Below, piece after piece: positions 25,931 through 38,190 of a stretch of 64,000 nucleotides of DNA. Below the pieces are notes generated by a model that saw only the letters and a program-made list of their open reading frames with translations, searched no databases and had not been told where the DNA came from. The stretch lies in the NCBI GenBank assembly GCA_051313645.2, contig JBNRSN020000005.1, positions 192,882,001 through 192,946,000 on the forward strand. Reading direction: 5' to 3'. The position numbers and the translations under genes were made by a program. Each line of letters starts with the position of its first letter. Position 1 is the stretch's first letter. This DNA comes from Centroscyllium fabricii. Taxonomy: Eukaryota.

Positions 25931-26832
25931 TGAACTTACTGACGATTGTAATCCTGTCTCGGGGAATGTGCGGTCTCTCCAAGTGTGTCACCCGTTACCT
26001 GGTGTCCATGGCAGCGGCGGATCTACTGGTTGTTGTCACTGATCTCATATCCAGGCAGATTCCTATTAGTTATCGGTACCAGTTTAGGTTCATGTGGAAG
26101 ATTGAAGTCTGTAATATCCACGCCATCCTCCTTCATGCAGCCACAGACTGTTCTGTGTGGTTCACAGTCACTTTCACCTTTGATCGATTTGTGGCCATTT
26201 GTTGCCAGAAGCTGAAATTAAAATATTGCACCGAGAAAACAGCGGCTGCGGTTCTAGGAACAGTGAGTGTGCTGTTCAGTGTAAAGAACATTTTCTGGTA
26301 CTTTATGTATGGAGGTTCATACCATTTTTCCAATATTCCCTGGTTTTGTGTTGTAAGATGGGAAGTTGCTGAATCTCCAGTATGGGCTGTAATTGAAACA
26401 CTTCATTATATTTTAACTCCATTTATTCCATTTGTTCTGATTCTGCTGCTCAATGCTCTCACCATCAGGCACGTTTTAGTGTCGAGCAGAGCCCGCAGGA
26501 GACTCCGGGGTTCCAGCAGCGGGGAGAGTCCCAGAGACCCAGAGATGGAGAAGCGAAGGAAATCCATCATTTTACTGTTTGTTATATCCGGTAATTTTAT
26601 CCTGCTTTGGGCAGTGTTTCTGTTTTATTCTGTGTGTAACCGATTTAATCTGTTGAGATATATTTATGTATATCTACCTCAATATTTACAGGAACTGGGA
26701 TTTATGCTTCAGCTCCTGAGTTGCTGCACCAACACATGTATTTATGCCGTGACTCAGACTAAATTCAGAGAGGAGTTGCAGAATATGCTGAAATATCCCT
26801 TTACTCTAATTATTAAACTCATTAAATTATGA
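25931..26832 (+). CDS. Class A GPCR, GPR139/GPR142-like: main coding exon (end of TM1 to stop)
   Basis: Uninterrupted 300-codon frame with NLLTIVIL (TM1), MAAADLL (TM2), TFDRFVAIC (DRY-like motif), PFVLILLLN (TM5) and CTNTCIY (TM7). It is preceded by a pyrimidine-rich acceptor TTTTCTTGCAG, phase 1. Confidence 0.92.
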
Positions 26833-28243
26833 GAAGACATTTAACCATCATAACGTGCTGGTCTACTGTTCTGTCCAATCTCCTCATCTCTATAGACACA
26901 CACAGTGAAGCCGGTTTTCATGTTTCACCACTAACGACTAACAGGAACGGTAGAGTTGCGGAATGCGCGGGGGTCAGTCCCGCTGGATTCCTGCTGGTTT
27001 TAGCCACGCGAATTCCTCAGGCGCGGCCTGGGACGGGCTTCTGAAGCTGCCGATCGCCAGGCTCGAGTTTCATGTGTTTACCCAAAGGGGCCGGCGTGGG
27101 GAAGTTCGCTCTGTCAGTTTACAGTCCACGGGCGGACAGGACGATCTGTCCCCACTACCCGCAGACTAACATCAGGGGAAATAACACTGTGCCAACCTGC
27201 AGCCGGGAAGGGAGGCTTTTAAAGTCTCTAAGGCCATTAGTTTCAGCCTTTATAAATCCTCCGTGGCCTTTCCCACTGGGCGTATATGCTAAGCAGCAGC
27301 AAGGCCGGAGATTGTCCTTCTTTCAGATTATCCACCGTTGGGAATAAAGATTTTCCTGTAGACGGGGTATGTCACAGCGAAATTCCCTTTAAAGTCGCGT
27401 TTGAGGAGGCGGAACCATGGCCTCTGCCTAGATCAGCCTGGACACATGCAGTTTATGTTGTCAGGAGCAGTGTCAAGTTTCCATAGTCATTTAACATATC
27501 TTAATGTTATACTATCTGAACAATGCGGTGATGTCCAGGGTATAGTGAACCCCGCACACACACCACACACATTGAACCCAGCTCCTCTTCACTGTCTGGG
27601 AAGTCCGAGACCTAAACACAACCCATAATAAGCAATGTTCAAGGAGGTTGATAACGAGATTGGTAATTAAGTATTGCAGTATCTGTGATGTCATAGAGTG
27701 GTGACACTCCCATTTCGCTGTGCTTGAATTTTGTGTCATCAGAGACCACGACCTGCTCTGCGGTGGACCCAGAATCATCATTTCAAACAGCCCGTCTCCT
27801 TCACACATCAAATTGCACAGAGGTACATTTAGTCTGCAGCTAAAAAACAGGCTGTTCAGACCTCTGCGGTTGCATGTTGGTCCGAGACGGTTTCTCCGAG
27901 AGTTCCCTGAGTGCTGGGCATCAACGGTCTCTCCGCCCCAGACTACAAACTGACAGAACCACCATTCACACCTGGGTCCCCTTCGGCCAACAGGTCATGA
28001 CAGCGTTAACTCTATCAGCATACCCGACTCTTCCTTTCCCCTCATGTTCTTATCCAGCTTCCCCTTAAGTGCATTTATACTATTCGCTTCAACTAGGGAA
28101 CTATATATCAGTCAGCTTAACATAAAAATATACTGGATTCCCTACTGAAGGGAGGAAGCAGAAAAACATCTAGGAGCCAAAAATAAAATAACGAATAGTG
28201 AGCATGGATTTCAAAAGGAACATGTTGATTGAACAAACTCATT

Positions 28244-29340
28244 GGGCCCTGTCTTCCTGTGCTCCAGAAGAGCTGCCCCCCCACGAAGAGGGGTCAGAAA
28301 TGCTTCCTGGGGGGGCAGCTCAGGTGATTACCAGAAACGTGAACTTCCTGTGCTGATGGGCAAGGGGCTTCAGCTTCCTCCCCAGGAAGCACTTTGAGCT
28401 GCAGACTTCCTGTAGTCAGCTGCACAATATACAGGTGTACAACGTGGGGAAGCCTCCATTTTTCTGCCCATGTATAAAGCAGTCTTAACAGGGTGCAGGC
28501 AGGTTTGAAAAGTGAAAAAAACAGGTTTAAAGTTTTTTTTAAAATTATTCCTTTGGAGATATTTGTTTCTGGTCTTACAGCTTGTAAATGTGAAGGTTTA
28601 TATATATTTTGGTGATAGTTTAAAAAATCGGGAATTTCAACGCAATGTCAGCGTTGAAATCCCTGGTTTGTTTCACTATCAGCAAAAAATATATAAAGCT
28701 TCACATTTACAACTTGTAAATGTTAAGCTTTATATTTTTTTTGCTGATAGTTCAAAAAATCGATGATTTCAACGAGATCTCAGCCACTCAGCTCTCAGCT
28801 GCTGGCATCGCGTTGAAATGGCCGATTTTTTGAACTATCAGCAAAAAATATATAAAGCTTAACATTTACAAGTTGTAAGACCATGTTTGTGGTCTTACAG
28901 CTTGTAAATGTGAAGGTTTATATATATTTTAGTGATAGTTAAAAAAATCGGGAATTTGAACGCTCAAATTCCCGATTTTTTTAACTATCACCAAAAAATA
29001 TATAAACCATCAGATTTACAAGCTGTAAGACCAGCTTCCTACAAACTTAAAAAAAACAAAGAAAAAGTTCTTCCTTACCTGATCTTTTCTTTAGTTGAAC
29101 ACTTGATTCTTTCTTTGATCTGTGCGTTCTGTGGGGGCGTGGTCTCAAAAAGCCGACCTCCGGGGGCGTGTCCAGCACCCGACCAACGCACAAAGCACAA
29201 CGCAGGAAAAAAAACAGACCCCTCCCCATGAAAAAAAATCGACATTTCACACAGGAAGTCCAGCAGATAAAAAAAAAAATCTCGTACGGGTGCAAATCTG
29301 CACGCACCCGCAGCAATCGGGCCACAGGAAGACAGGGCCC
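28244..29340. mobile_element. Non-autonomous TIR transposon (PIF/Harbinger-like) with internal foldback
   Basis: Perfect 18-bp TIRs GGGCCCTGTCTTCCTGTG / CACAGGAAGACAGGGCCC and a 3-bp TSD ATT (28241-28243, 29341-29343). Confidence 0.88.
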
Positions 29341-29532
29341 ATTGCATTTTTTGAAGAGGTAACAGGGAGAGTAGCGAAGGTTAATGCAGTATATGCAATT
29401 TATCTAGATTCCCAAATGTCCTTCTATATGTTGTCAGATAGTAGGTTTATTAATAGTTTCAGAGCATGTGGAGTTAGGGGACATGGAACAGAATGGATTG
29501 CTGCCTGGCTTCAAGAAGTAAATCAGAGAATC

Positions 29533-29655
29533 TGGAAAAAAGGCAGATATTCAGAAAATAGGGAAAAAAGGCAGCTATTCAGAAAATAGGGAAAAAGGCA
29601 GCTATTCAGAAAATAGTGGAAAAAGGCAGATATTCAGAAAATAGGGAAAAAAGTG
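29533..29655 (+). repeat. ~28-bp minisatellite within CR1
   Basis: About 4 copies of GGAAAAAAGGCAG(A/C)TATTCAGAAAATAG. Confidence 0.85.
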
Positions 29656-30694
29656 TGGCAGAAGGTGAAAAGTGAGGTCCCTCAAGAAGCAGTGCTGTGA
29701 CCACTGCTGTCCACAATTCAAACTAACGATTTAGGATTTTTAATAAAGACATCTAAATTTGCGGCTGACACCAAACAGAGTGGACGAAGGATGGCTGAGG
29801 GGACAGTCAATAATGAGGAGGACTGCAGAAAATTAAAATAAGACATTAATAATCTTGAACAAAATATACAGAATTGGCAAATTCATTTTAACACAGAGTA
29901 GTGCGAGTTATTACACATTGGTAAGAAAATAAGAAGGTTATATATTACATGGAGATAATAATCTAAATAAGAGCGTAACCAAGGGATCTCGAAGTACAAA
30001 TACCCATTCAATAAAAGTAGCAAAGCAGGTTAATATGGCCATGGAAAAGAAAAGCAAGCACTAGGGTTTATTTCCAGAGAGACAGAATTGGAAATTAATG
30101 AAGTTATGCTAAACTTGTATGGTACCTTGGTTAGACCACACTTGGAGTACTGTGTACAGTTCTGCACGCCATATTATTGAACGGTTATAGCGGTACTGGA
30201 GGTGCTGCAGAGAAGACTTACAGGGATGGTACCAGAATTGCAGGTGTGTACCTTTCAGGAAAGGATGATTAGGCTGTGTCTCTGTTTTGTGAAAACAGAA
30301 GGCTGATGGATGACCTGATTTAATCTATGAGTGGTTTTGATAGAGTAGATACAGAGAGAGTGTTTCCACTTATGCGAAAGAGACAAACTAGAGGCCATTA
30401 ACTCAAGATAGCTGGCAACTAATCCAAAAAGGAAATCAGAAGAGACGTGTTTACACAGAGACTGGTGAGAATGTGGAACTCGCTATCACAGGGACTGGAA
30501 AGCGAATGGTATCGATGCCTTTAAGGGGAGGCTAGACAAGCAAATGAGGGAGAAGAGAATGAAGGGTTACGCTGATAGACTTAGAAGAGGAAAGATGCAA
30601 GGACGCTCGAGTGGAGCATGAATGCCGGCTTGCATTGGTTAGGAACAAAGGCCTGTTTCTGTGCTGTATATTATATGCAAATCCATGTAACTAT

Positions 30695-32630
30695 TCATTG
30701 TTGTAGCAAGTTCCACATTATTACCTCTCTTTGGGTAAAGATGTTTCTTTTAAATTGTCTATTGGATTTTTGGGTGACTTTCTGATATTGGGCCCTGTTT
30801 TCCTGTGCTCCAGAGGAGCTGCACACTCACGAATGGGGGTCAGAAATGCCCCGTGGGTGTGCAGCAAGGCGGATGCCCACAAACGGGAATTTCCTGTGCT
30901 GATGGGCAAGGCCCGTCAGCTCCCAACGCAGAAAGACCTTGCACTGACGATTTCCTGTCAGAATGGTGATTTTTAGAGAGTGATTCCATGTGCAACTGGC
31001 TCACAAGCTGCCCACGAAAAAAACAGTAGTAAGAGGGAGAAGATTTAGTTATTGAAGCAGGTAAGTTAATTTTTTAACTTTAATTTTAATTTTTTACAGT
31101 TTTTGGGAGTAGTGTGGCCAGATCGGTAGCGTTAAATTTTTAAGTTAAAGTTTTTAAAAAAAATTACAAATCCGATTTTAAGTTAATTTACCTGTTTCAA
31201 ATCGCTAATTTTTAAAGTTAAATTTCTGAAATTTTTAACTCTCTAGCTAAAAAAAATCTAAGAGGAAAAAATGGCAGACTTACCTTCCGTTTCTTCCACT
31301 GAGAAGCTGCTGTGCCCCCGCGCTGCTCCCCGCCAATCTGTGAGTGCAGCTCCGCACTTCCCTGCTCTCACAAAGGTCCGACTCGGGATCTGTTTATTTA
31401 AATTAGGGATCTGGGGGGCGTTTTTTATTTAAATTTGGGATCTGTGGGCGGGGCTTACAATGCGCACCTAGCGTGGCTGGACTGCCACGCAGCGCAGGAA
31501 CGGGGAGGAACGGGGAGGAAATTGACGTTCACACTTCTGTGCAATGTTGGTGCGTGCGATTAGGAGTCCCCAGGGTCCTAGCGCACGCACATAACCGGCA
31601 CACAGGAAAACAGGGTAGCCCCTAGAATTGGTCCTCCCCACACGTGTAAACAAAGGATCTCTGTTTAGCCTATCAAACCGTTTCATAATTTTCATCATCA
31701 ACCTTCACTTTTCTAGCGAAAACAGCCCCACCCTGTGTAGCCTTTCCTAATAGGTATAAACTCTCACTTCGTGTACCATCCTTGTGAATCTTGTTTTGAC
31801 AACTTTTCCAGTGTTTCTCTCTTTTCTATAATGTGGATAGCATAACTGTATCCAATACTTCAACTGTAGTCTAGCCAAGCTTCTACAAAAGGTTCTCATA
31901 ATTACCTGATTTTCAATTCTATCCCTGTGTAAATTAACCCCAATGCTGTGTTTGCTTTTTCTCTCCTTATTATGGCCTTTGAATGATTTGTAAATATTTA
32001 CCGCGATACACTTTTGCTCATCCAGCCCATTTCGTCTAATTGTCCAAGCATCATGCGGCCTTCTTATTCTGCCTACCAAATTGTAACACTTATCATTGTA
32101 AACATACATTTATCTATATTGGAATGAATTTGCTAATTAAACGCCCATTCATTAATAACAAACTGTATTTTGTTGCAGTGTTCCTCAGAATCAACTGTAT
32201 CTGCCCACACCCGCCCCAATTTGGTGTCTTCTGAAAATTTTGAAAATGTACTTCCGATTCCTGAGTTCAAATGGTTTCTATAATTTGTGAACACCAGTGG
32301 TCCCAGCGCCGATATCTGTCGATCACCACTTCTCAGCTATTGCCAGTCTGAGTCAATACCACGAACCCTGCTATCCTTTTCGGTTCTGTAGCCAACTTGC
32401 TATCAATGCGGCTACATGCTCCCTGAATCCACATGCTCCGATTGTCTTCATGACTCTACTATGGCCCGTTGAAAAGCCAAGTACAGTACATGCACTAGAT
32501 TACCCTTGCCTCCTCCTCTTTCTGTTCATTCTTCAAAGACGATCTTTCGTTTGAACAACGTCTCAAGAACGCTGTCAAGATCTCTAAAGATACAGAATCT
32601 TTCCAATGAAACATTTGGTGCCATATTAGG
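30695..32630 (-). mobile_element. Old CR1 LINE remnant, split by a DNA transposon
   Basis: Degenerate minus-strand motifs RLQLKYWIQLCYPHYRK, RFTRMV and FTQR. Confidence 0.65.
30790..31615. mobile_element. Second member of the GGGCCCTG-TIR transposon family
   Basis: Left end ATT|GGGCCCTGTTTTCCTGTG, right end CACAGGAAAACAGGG (last bases missing). The first ~170 bp are homologous to the 28244 element. Confidence 0.8.
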
Positions 32631-32949
32631 GGAGGGTGCGAACATTAAATGTCGCAGAGACAGACACATCTCACAGTAGGAAACCGTTCTTGTTGTCTCG
32701 TTAAGCTCCCCCTTCCACAGCTCTCCGGGAAGACAGCTGCTGGCGAAGAAATAGGCTGAAAGCATCTCAGACCGGCTGCTCACACACAATTGATCTGACA
32801 CTCTACAACACTTTGTCCACAGACAAGCTCAAACTTGGGGTCAAGCTATGGGAATTAATGTTCTCATTTCACATTCCCGGTCTCCGACCCGTTGTCTTTC
32901 ACCTGTCTACATGCAGCAGTTTGTGGGCTTAATAAATCAAATCAACATC

Positions 32950-35030
32950 AGCTCAGCGCTGTCCACGCCCGACACCTGTGGACCATAATCACAATGGACA
33001 CCAGCCCAGCGCTTTGCACACCCGACACCGATGGATAGTAAATCCAATGGGAAATCATCCCAGCGCTGTCCACACCCGGCACCTTTGGATCATAATCCCA
33101 CTGGGACAACAGCCCAGCGCTGTTACATCCGGCCTCTATGGACCATAATCCCACTGGGACAACAGCCCAGCGCTGTTACATCCGGCACCCATGGCCATAA
33201 ACCTAATTGAACACCAGGCAAGTGCTGTCCACAGCCGGTACCTATGGACCATAAACACAATGGGACACCAGCCCAGCGCTGATACATCCGACAACTATGA
33301 ACCATAAACCCAATAGGATATCAGCCTAGCGCTGTTACACACGGCACCTATGGAACATAAATCCAATAGGATATCAGCCTAGCGCTGTTACACACGACAC
33401 CTATGGACCATAAATCCAATGGGATATCAGCCTAGCGATGTTACACCTGGCACCTATGGACCATAAACCCAATGGAACACCAGCCCAGTGCTGTTACACC
33501 CGGCACCTATGGGCTATAAACCCAATGGGGCATTAGCCTAGCCATGTTACACCCGTCACCTATGGACCATAAATCCAAGGGGACATCAGCCTAGCGATAT
33601 TACACCCGGCATCTGTGGACTATAAACCCAATGGGACATTAGCCTAGCGATGTTACACCCGGCACCTATGGACCATAAACCCAATGGGACATTAGCCTAG
33701 CGATGTTACACCCGGCACCTATGGACCATAAATCCAATGGGACATCAGCCTAGCGATGTTACACTAGCCACCTACGGACCATAAACCCAATGGGACACTA
33801 GCCCAGCGCTGTTACTCCCGGCACTTATGGACCATAAAGCTATGGGATATCAGCATAGTGCTGTTACACCCGACACCTATGGACCATAAATCCAAAGGGA
33901 CATCAGCATAGCGCTGTTACACCCGAAAACTATGGACCATAAACCCAATGGGACGTTAGCCTAGCGATGTTACACACGGTACCTATGGACCATAAACCAA
34001 TGGGACACCAGCCCAGCGCTGTTACACCCGGTACCTGTAGACCATAAACCCAAAGGGACATCAGCCTTGCGCTGTTACACCCGACACCTATGGACCATAA
34101 ATCCAAAGGGACATCAGCATAGCGCTGTTACACCCGAAAACTATGGACCATAAACCCAATGGGACGTTAGCCTAGCGATGTTACACACGGTACCTATGGA
34201 CCATAAACCAATGGGACACCAGCCCAGCGCTGTTACACCCGGTACCTGTAGACCATAAACCCAATGGGACATCAGCCTTGCGCTGTTACACCCGACACCT
34301 ATGGACTATAAACCTAATGGGACAATAGCCTAGAGCTGTCCAGACCCGGCAGCTATGTACAATAAACCCAATGGGACATTAGCCCAGCGCTGTTACACCC
34401 AGCAGCTATGGGCAATATACCCAACAGGACATCAGCCCAGCGCTGTCCACACACAGTACCTATGGGCAATATACCCAATGGGACATCAGCCGAGCGCTGT
34501 TACACCCGACACCTATGGACCATCAACACAATGAGACACAAGACCAGCGCTGTCCACACCCAGCATGTGTGGACCATAAACCCAATCGGACATCAGCCTA
34601 GCGCTGTCCAGACACAGCAACTATGGACCATAAACCCAGTGGGACACCTTCCCAGCGCACTCTACACCCGGCACCTACGGACTATAAACCCAATGTGAAA
34701 CCACCCAACGCTGTTACACCCGACACCTATAGACCATAAACCCAATGGGACACAACCCAACGCTTTTACACCCGGCACCTATAGACCATAAACCTAATGG
34801 GATCCCAGCCCAGTGCTGTCCAATCCAGGCACCTAGGGACAATATATCCAATGGGACACTAGCCCAGCGCTGTCCACATCCGACACCTATGAACCGTGAA
34901 AACATACCTGGCACCTATCGTCAATAATACCAATGGGACCTCAGCCCAGTGCCGTTACACTCGGCACCTATGGACCATAAACCCCATGGGACATCTGTCC
35001 AGCGCGGTGCACAACCGGCACCTGTGGACT
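32950..35030 (+). repeat. 53-bp minisatellite (~39 copies)
   Basis: Consensus CCTATGGACCATAAACCCAATGGGACATCAGCCTAGCGCTGTTACACCCGGCA. Period 53 measured at 33665/33718, with a 211-bp four-unit duplication at 33871/34082. Confidence 0.95.
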
Positions 35031-36956
35031 GTGGGATTAAGCTGAGGCAGAGACACATAGCTGTGTATATTTCGGTTGTTATGTTTTCAGTGGGTAGCTT
35101 TTGCAGTCAGGAGTCGGGCTTGCTTCCACGGTGAGCGGCATGTTATGGAGGGAGACCCCATCTCTGAAAATCTGCAGTATTCCAGGGACATCGGGGCGAA
35201 GATGAATTTATGTCTTTCTCCTCCCGCTATAGCAGAGCTGGGCATTCCCGAGTGGGTGAGCGGTTCCTGTAGCTACGCACTTACATTGTGACGTCAGAAA
35301 AGGTTTGACTGGTGGGATGACGTCACCCATCTGAATTCACGCTGGTTCTGCCCCGGTTCATTGTAAACCTGCAAGAATCCGGTGGACCGGTTTTAAGAAG
35401 GTGGAACTGTGACCCACCAGACTGTGAATGGCCGGTTTCCGTACAGCAGCTGACCACTGTGGAGAAAGTGGCCCCACTGGATGAGAGGCCATATCAGTCC
35501 AGAAACACATTGCTGGAGCCCACCCTGCAGGATCTGCACGGCAACAACTGGACAATCCAGAGTCCGCCTCTCCCACTCCAGCTACGCGGCTCCCGTCCCA
35601 CAGACCCCTCTCTTTCCCCAGCCATACTGCTGCCATCCTGTTGACCCCATCTTCCTCCTCAGCCACCCAGCCTCTGCTCTGGACACCCATCTCCCACCGC
35701 AGCTATTCCGCTGCCATTCCAGTGTCCCCATATTCCACCTCAGCCTCCCGGCTGCCATCCTGGGGACACCTCTTCAACCACAGTTACTCCACTCCAATCC
35801 AGGCGTCCCACTCTCCCTCCCCTGTCCGTAATCCTGTTATCTCCTGGGCTCCAGCTCCCACCCCAGCAACCTGTTATCGTCCCGGATAGCATTCCCCTCC
35901 CCACTTACCCAGTTCGTGTTTCCGGGTCCCTTCTCCAACCCAACTACCTGGATCCAGTCCCGGGGACGCATCCCAGCTAATCCGTTGCCGTCCAGGGTCA
36001 GTTAAGTTGTTGTACTGTATGGACAATTTCATGTAGGATTGACCATCAACATATGTCAAACTTGCTCAACACTCTTCCCAGTACAGAATTCCAAAGAGTG
36101 CTAGAGACAATCAGAGTCTTTATATACAGTGTTGGTGCTCTAGACCTCCCTGCCTTGTCCAGAGTCTTTAAGATGGTTTCTGCTGTGGGCAGCATATGTC
36201 CCTCTCCCAGCAAAGCACCAGGTTCGATCTTCTCTCATCAAATGTTAATCGGACACTTTCACCAATAGCAGCACAAAATACCCAAACTTACAAAAACTGA
36301 AAAGAAACCGCTCAAGGAGATTAAACCCGCAGCCCAGCCACTGCCCTCCAGGAGGATGGGAGTACCCCCAAAACATGTTGCCTCTGACTTTTGATTCTCA
36401 ACTTCAAAACCCATCAAAGTTCCACTGGGACTATCCCGACAGACAGCGGTTGGCGGATCACATCAATTAGACTGCCTCATTTCCTGTTCCTGACTTATGG
36501 GCAGAGACAATGTTTTAATAAAGTGTCTGTCAACTATTTTACAAGATTTAACTACACCTATTTCTAAACTCATGCATCTTCCGGACACAAACTTGCTCTT
36601 TTGAATGAGTTACTAATTCTCCAGGTACTATATGAGCAGACAGTGTTTGACTGCGGAGTGTATGGACATCCTCGAACTGTGGTTATTGAATGGACAGAGG
36701 GGAATCGCCACACATTTAATGTACAGTGAATGACCCCGTGTACCAGCACTGCCTGTACAAAGCTTAACTTCAGCCTTCTCACCTCCTCTCCAGCACAAAG
36801 CCTTTTCACAAGCGCCAGATGACCTTCGGCTTCTCACTCTGATGATCTGTGCTTATCTGTGCTTTTCTACACACTGTAGAACCTGGGGGCGGCAGGGGGA
36901 GGAATCACCTCAGTAGAATTCTTTCTTCAACCTAAACGCATACATGCCACGCCTAA

Positions 36957-37675
36957 TGCCCTAGTTTCACTGGAGGCTAAGAATGCCAAGTATCCCAAGA
37001 ATCGTCAAGAATCGAAAATCTTGGCGATTCTTGGGGATTCTGCAAGAAATGCGAAAAATCTTGGTGGATTCTTGGCGATTCTTGGTGAATTCTTGGCGAT
37101 TCTGGACAAGGTTACGAATCTATCACGAATTATTTTACGAATGAGGTACGAATCACTCACGAATCCACCACGAATTGCAAGAAATAATTAAGAATCCACT
37201 ACGAACTCCACGAATTAGTTACGAATTCTACGAATTAGCTACGAATTATCTACGAATTGCATTCGTAGTGCATTCGTGGACATTCGTGGACAATCGTGGT
37301 GCATTCGTGGTGCATTCGTGGTGCATTCCTGATTTTGAAAAAATGAAGAATGCCCAAGAATAGTCAAGAATGCACCACGAATCCACTACGAATCAGTTAC
37401 GAACGGTAAGAAAGGGTCACGAACGGTAAGAATGGGTCACGAATTGTTTATGAATCTATCACGAATTGGAAAATCGGGAACCCTCCTACGAAATTTTTTG
37501 ACAAACAAAAACTTTCTTTAAAACTAAAAGAACTCCCGCGAACTACCGCGAACTCTACGATTCCGCTACGAATCCACTACGAATCCACTACGAATTGCAA
37601 GAATGACCCACGAATCGGCCAAATTTCACAATCGGCACGATTCGGGAATTCGTAGCCTCCAGTGAAACTAGGGCA
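36957..37675. mobile_element. PIF/Harbinger (Tourist-like) MITE
   Basis: Perfect 23-bp TIR TGCCCTAGTTTCACTGGAGGCTA, TSD TAA on both sides, interior made of ACGAAT/AAGAAT repeats. Confidence 0.92.
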
Positions 37676-38190
37676 TAACAGCACACGAGAGTGTTAACAA
37701 GATCCAGAACCTGAATGATTTGACGCAGCAGGAATGACGTTCGGTCTAATGGTAGCGCCACCTTCTGCCCACTGACATGACCGCAGAAAGAGACACGCTC
37801 TGCACAACAGTAACATTTACGACTGCCCGCTGACCATCAGATCCTTCCCTAATGCACGTACCATTGTGTCTATTCATTGTGAATAACTCCCTTCACACAA
37901 TCTAGTCGGCAGATTCAAAATTTAGCACAACGGGTACAATTTCAAAACGCACGTTGTTATAGAATACATATACAGATTCAATTATTTCCAGCCCATTAAC
38001 ATTTGTTTTGTTTTGCTCGATCCCCCTAGATCTGATGCACGATTAATTTTAGCGCTCCCTACTGGCCACAGTGTGTTACTGCAGGACGAGAGAAGCTCTT
38101 TAAATTGTAACGTACCCAATTTTCCCGAGATGCGGGAGAACTGCCTGAGGATTGGAAAGTTGCAAATGCGACACCATTTTTCAAGAAAGG

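Larger units (their letters stand above)
28100..30690 (+). mobile_element. Old CR1 LINE ORF2 remnant, split by a DNA transposon
   Basis: HGF..TNL|IAFFEEVT continues across 28244-29340, followed by SKFAADTK, LVRPHLEYCVQF and a CR1 tail. Confidence 0.8.

Noticed and set aside
25930-25932. GTG start codon for the GPCR
   Set aside because: It overlaps the splice acceptor AG, and the paralog shows that TM1 begins in an upstream exon.
35358-36270. Cluster of overlapping Pro/Ser-rich ORFs
   Set aside because: No recognisable domain or splice structure; likely a decayed repeat I cannot classify.
38152-38190. N-terminus of the 548-aa pol ORF
   Set aside because: These bases belong to a small CR1 fragment ([15 protein letters not shown] in another frame) abutting the truncated gypsy element.
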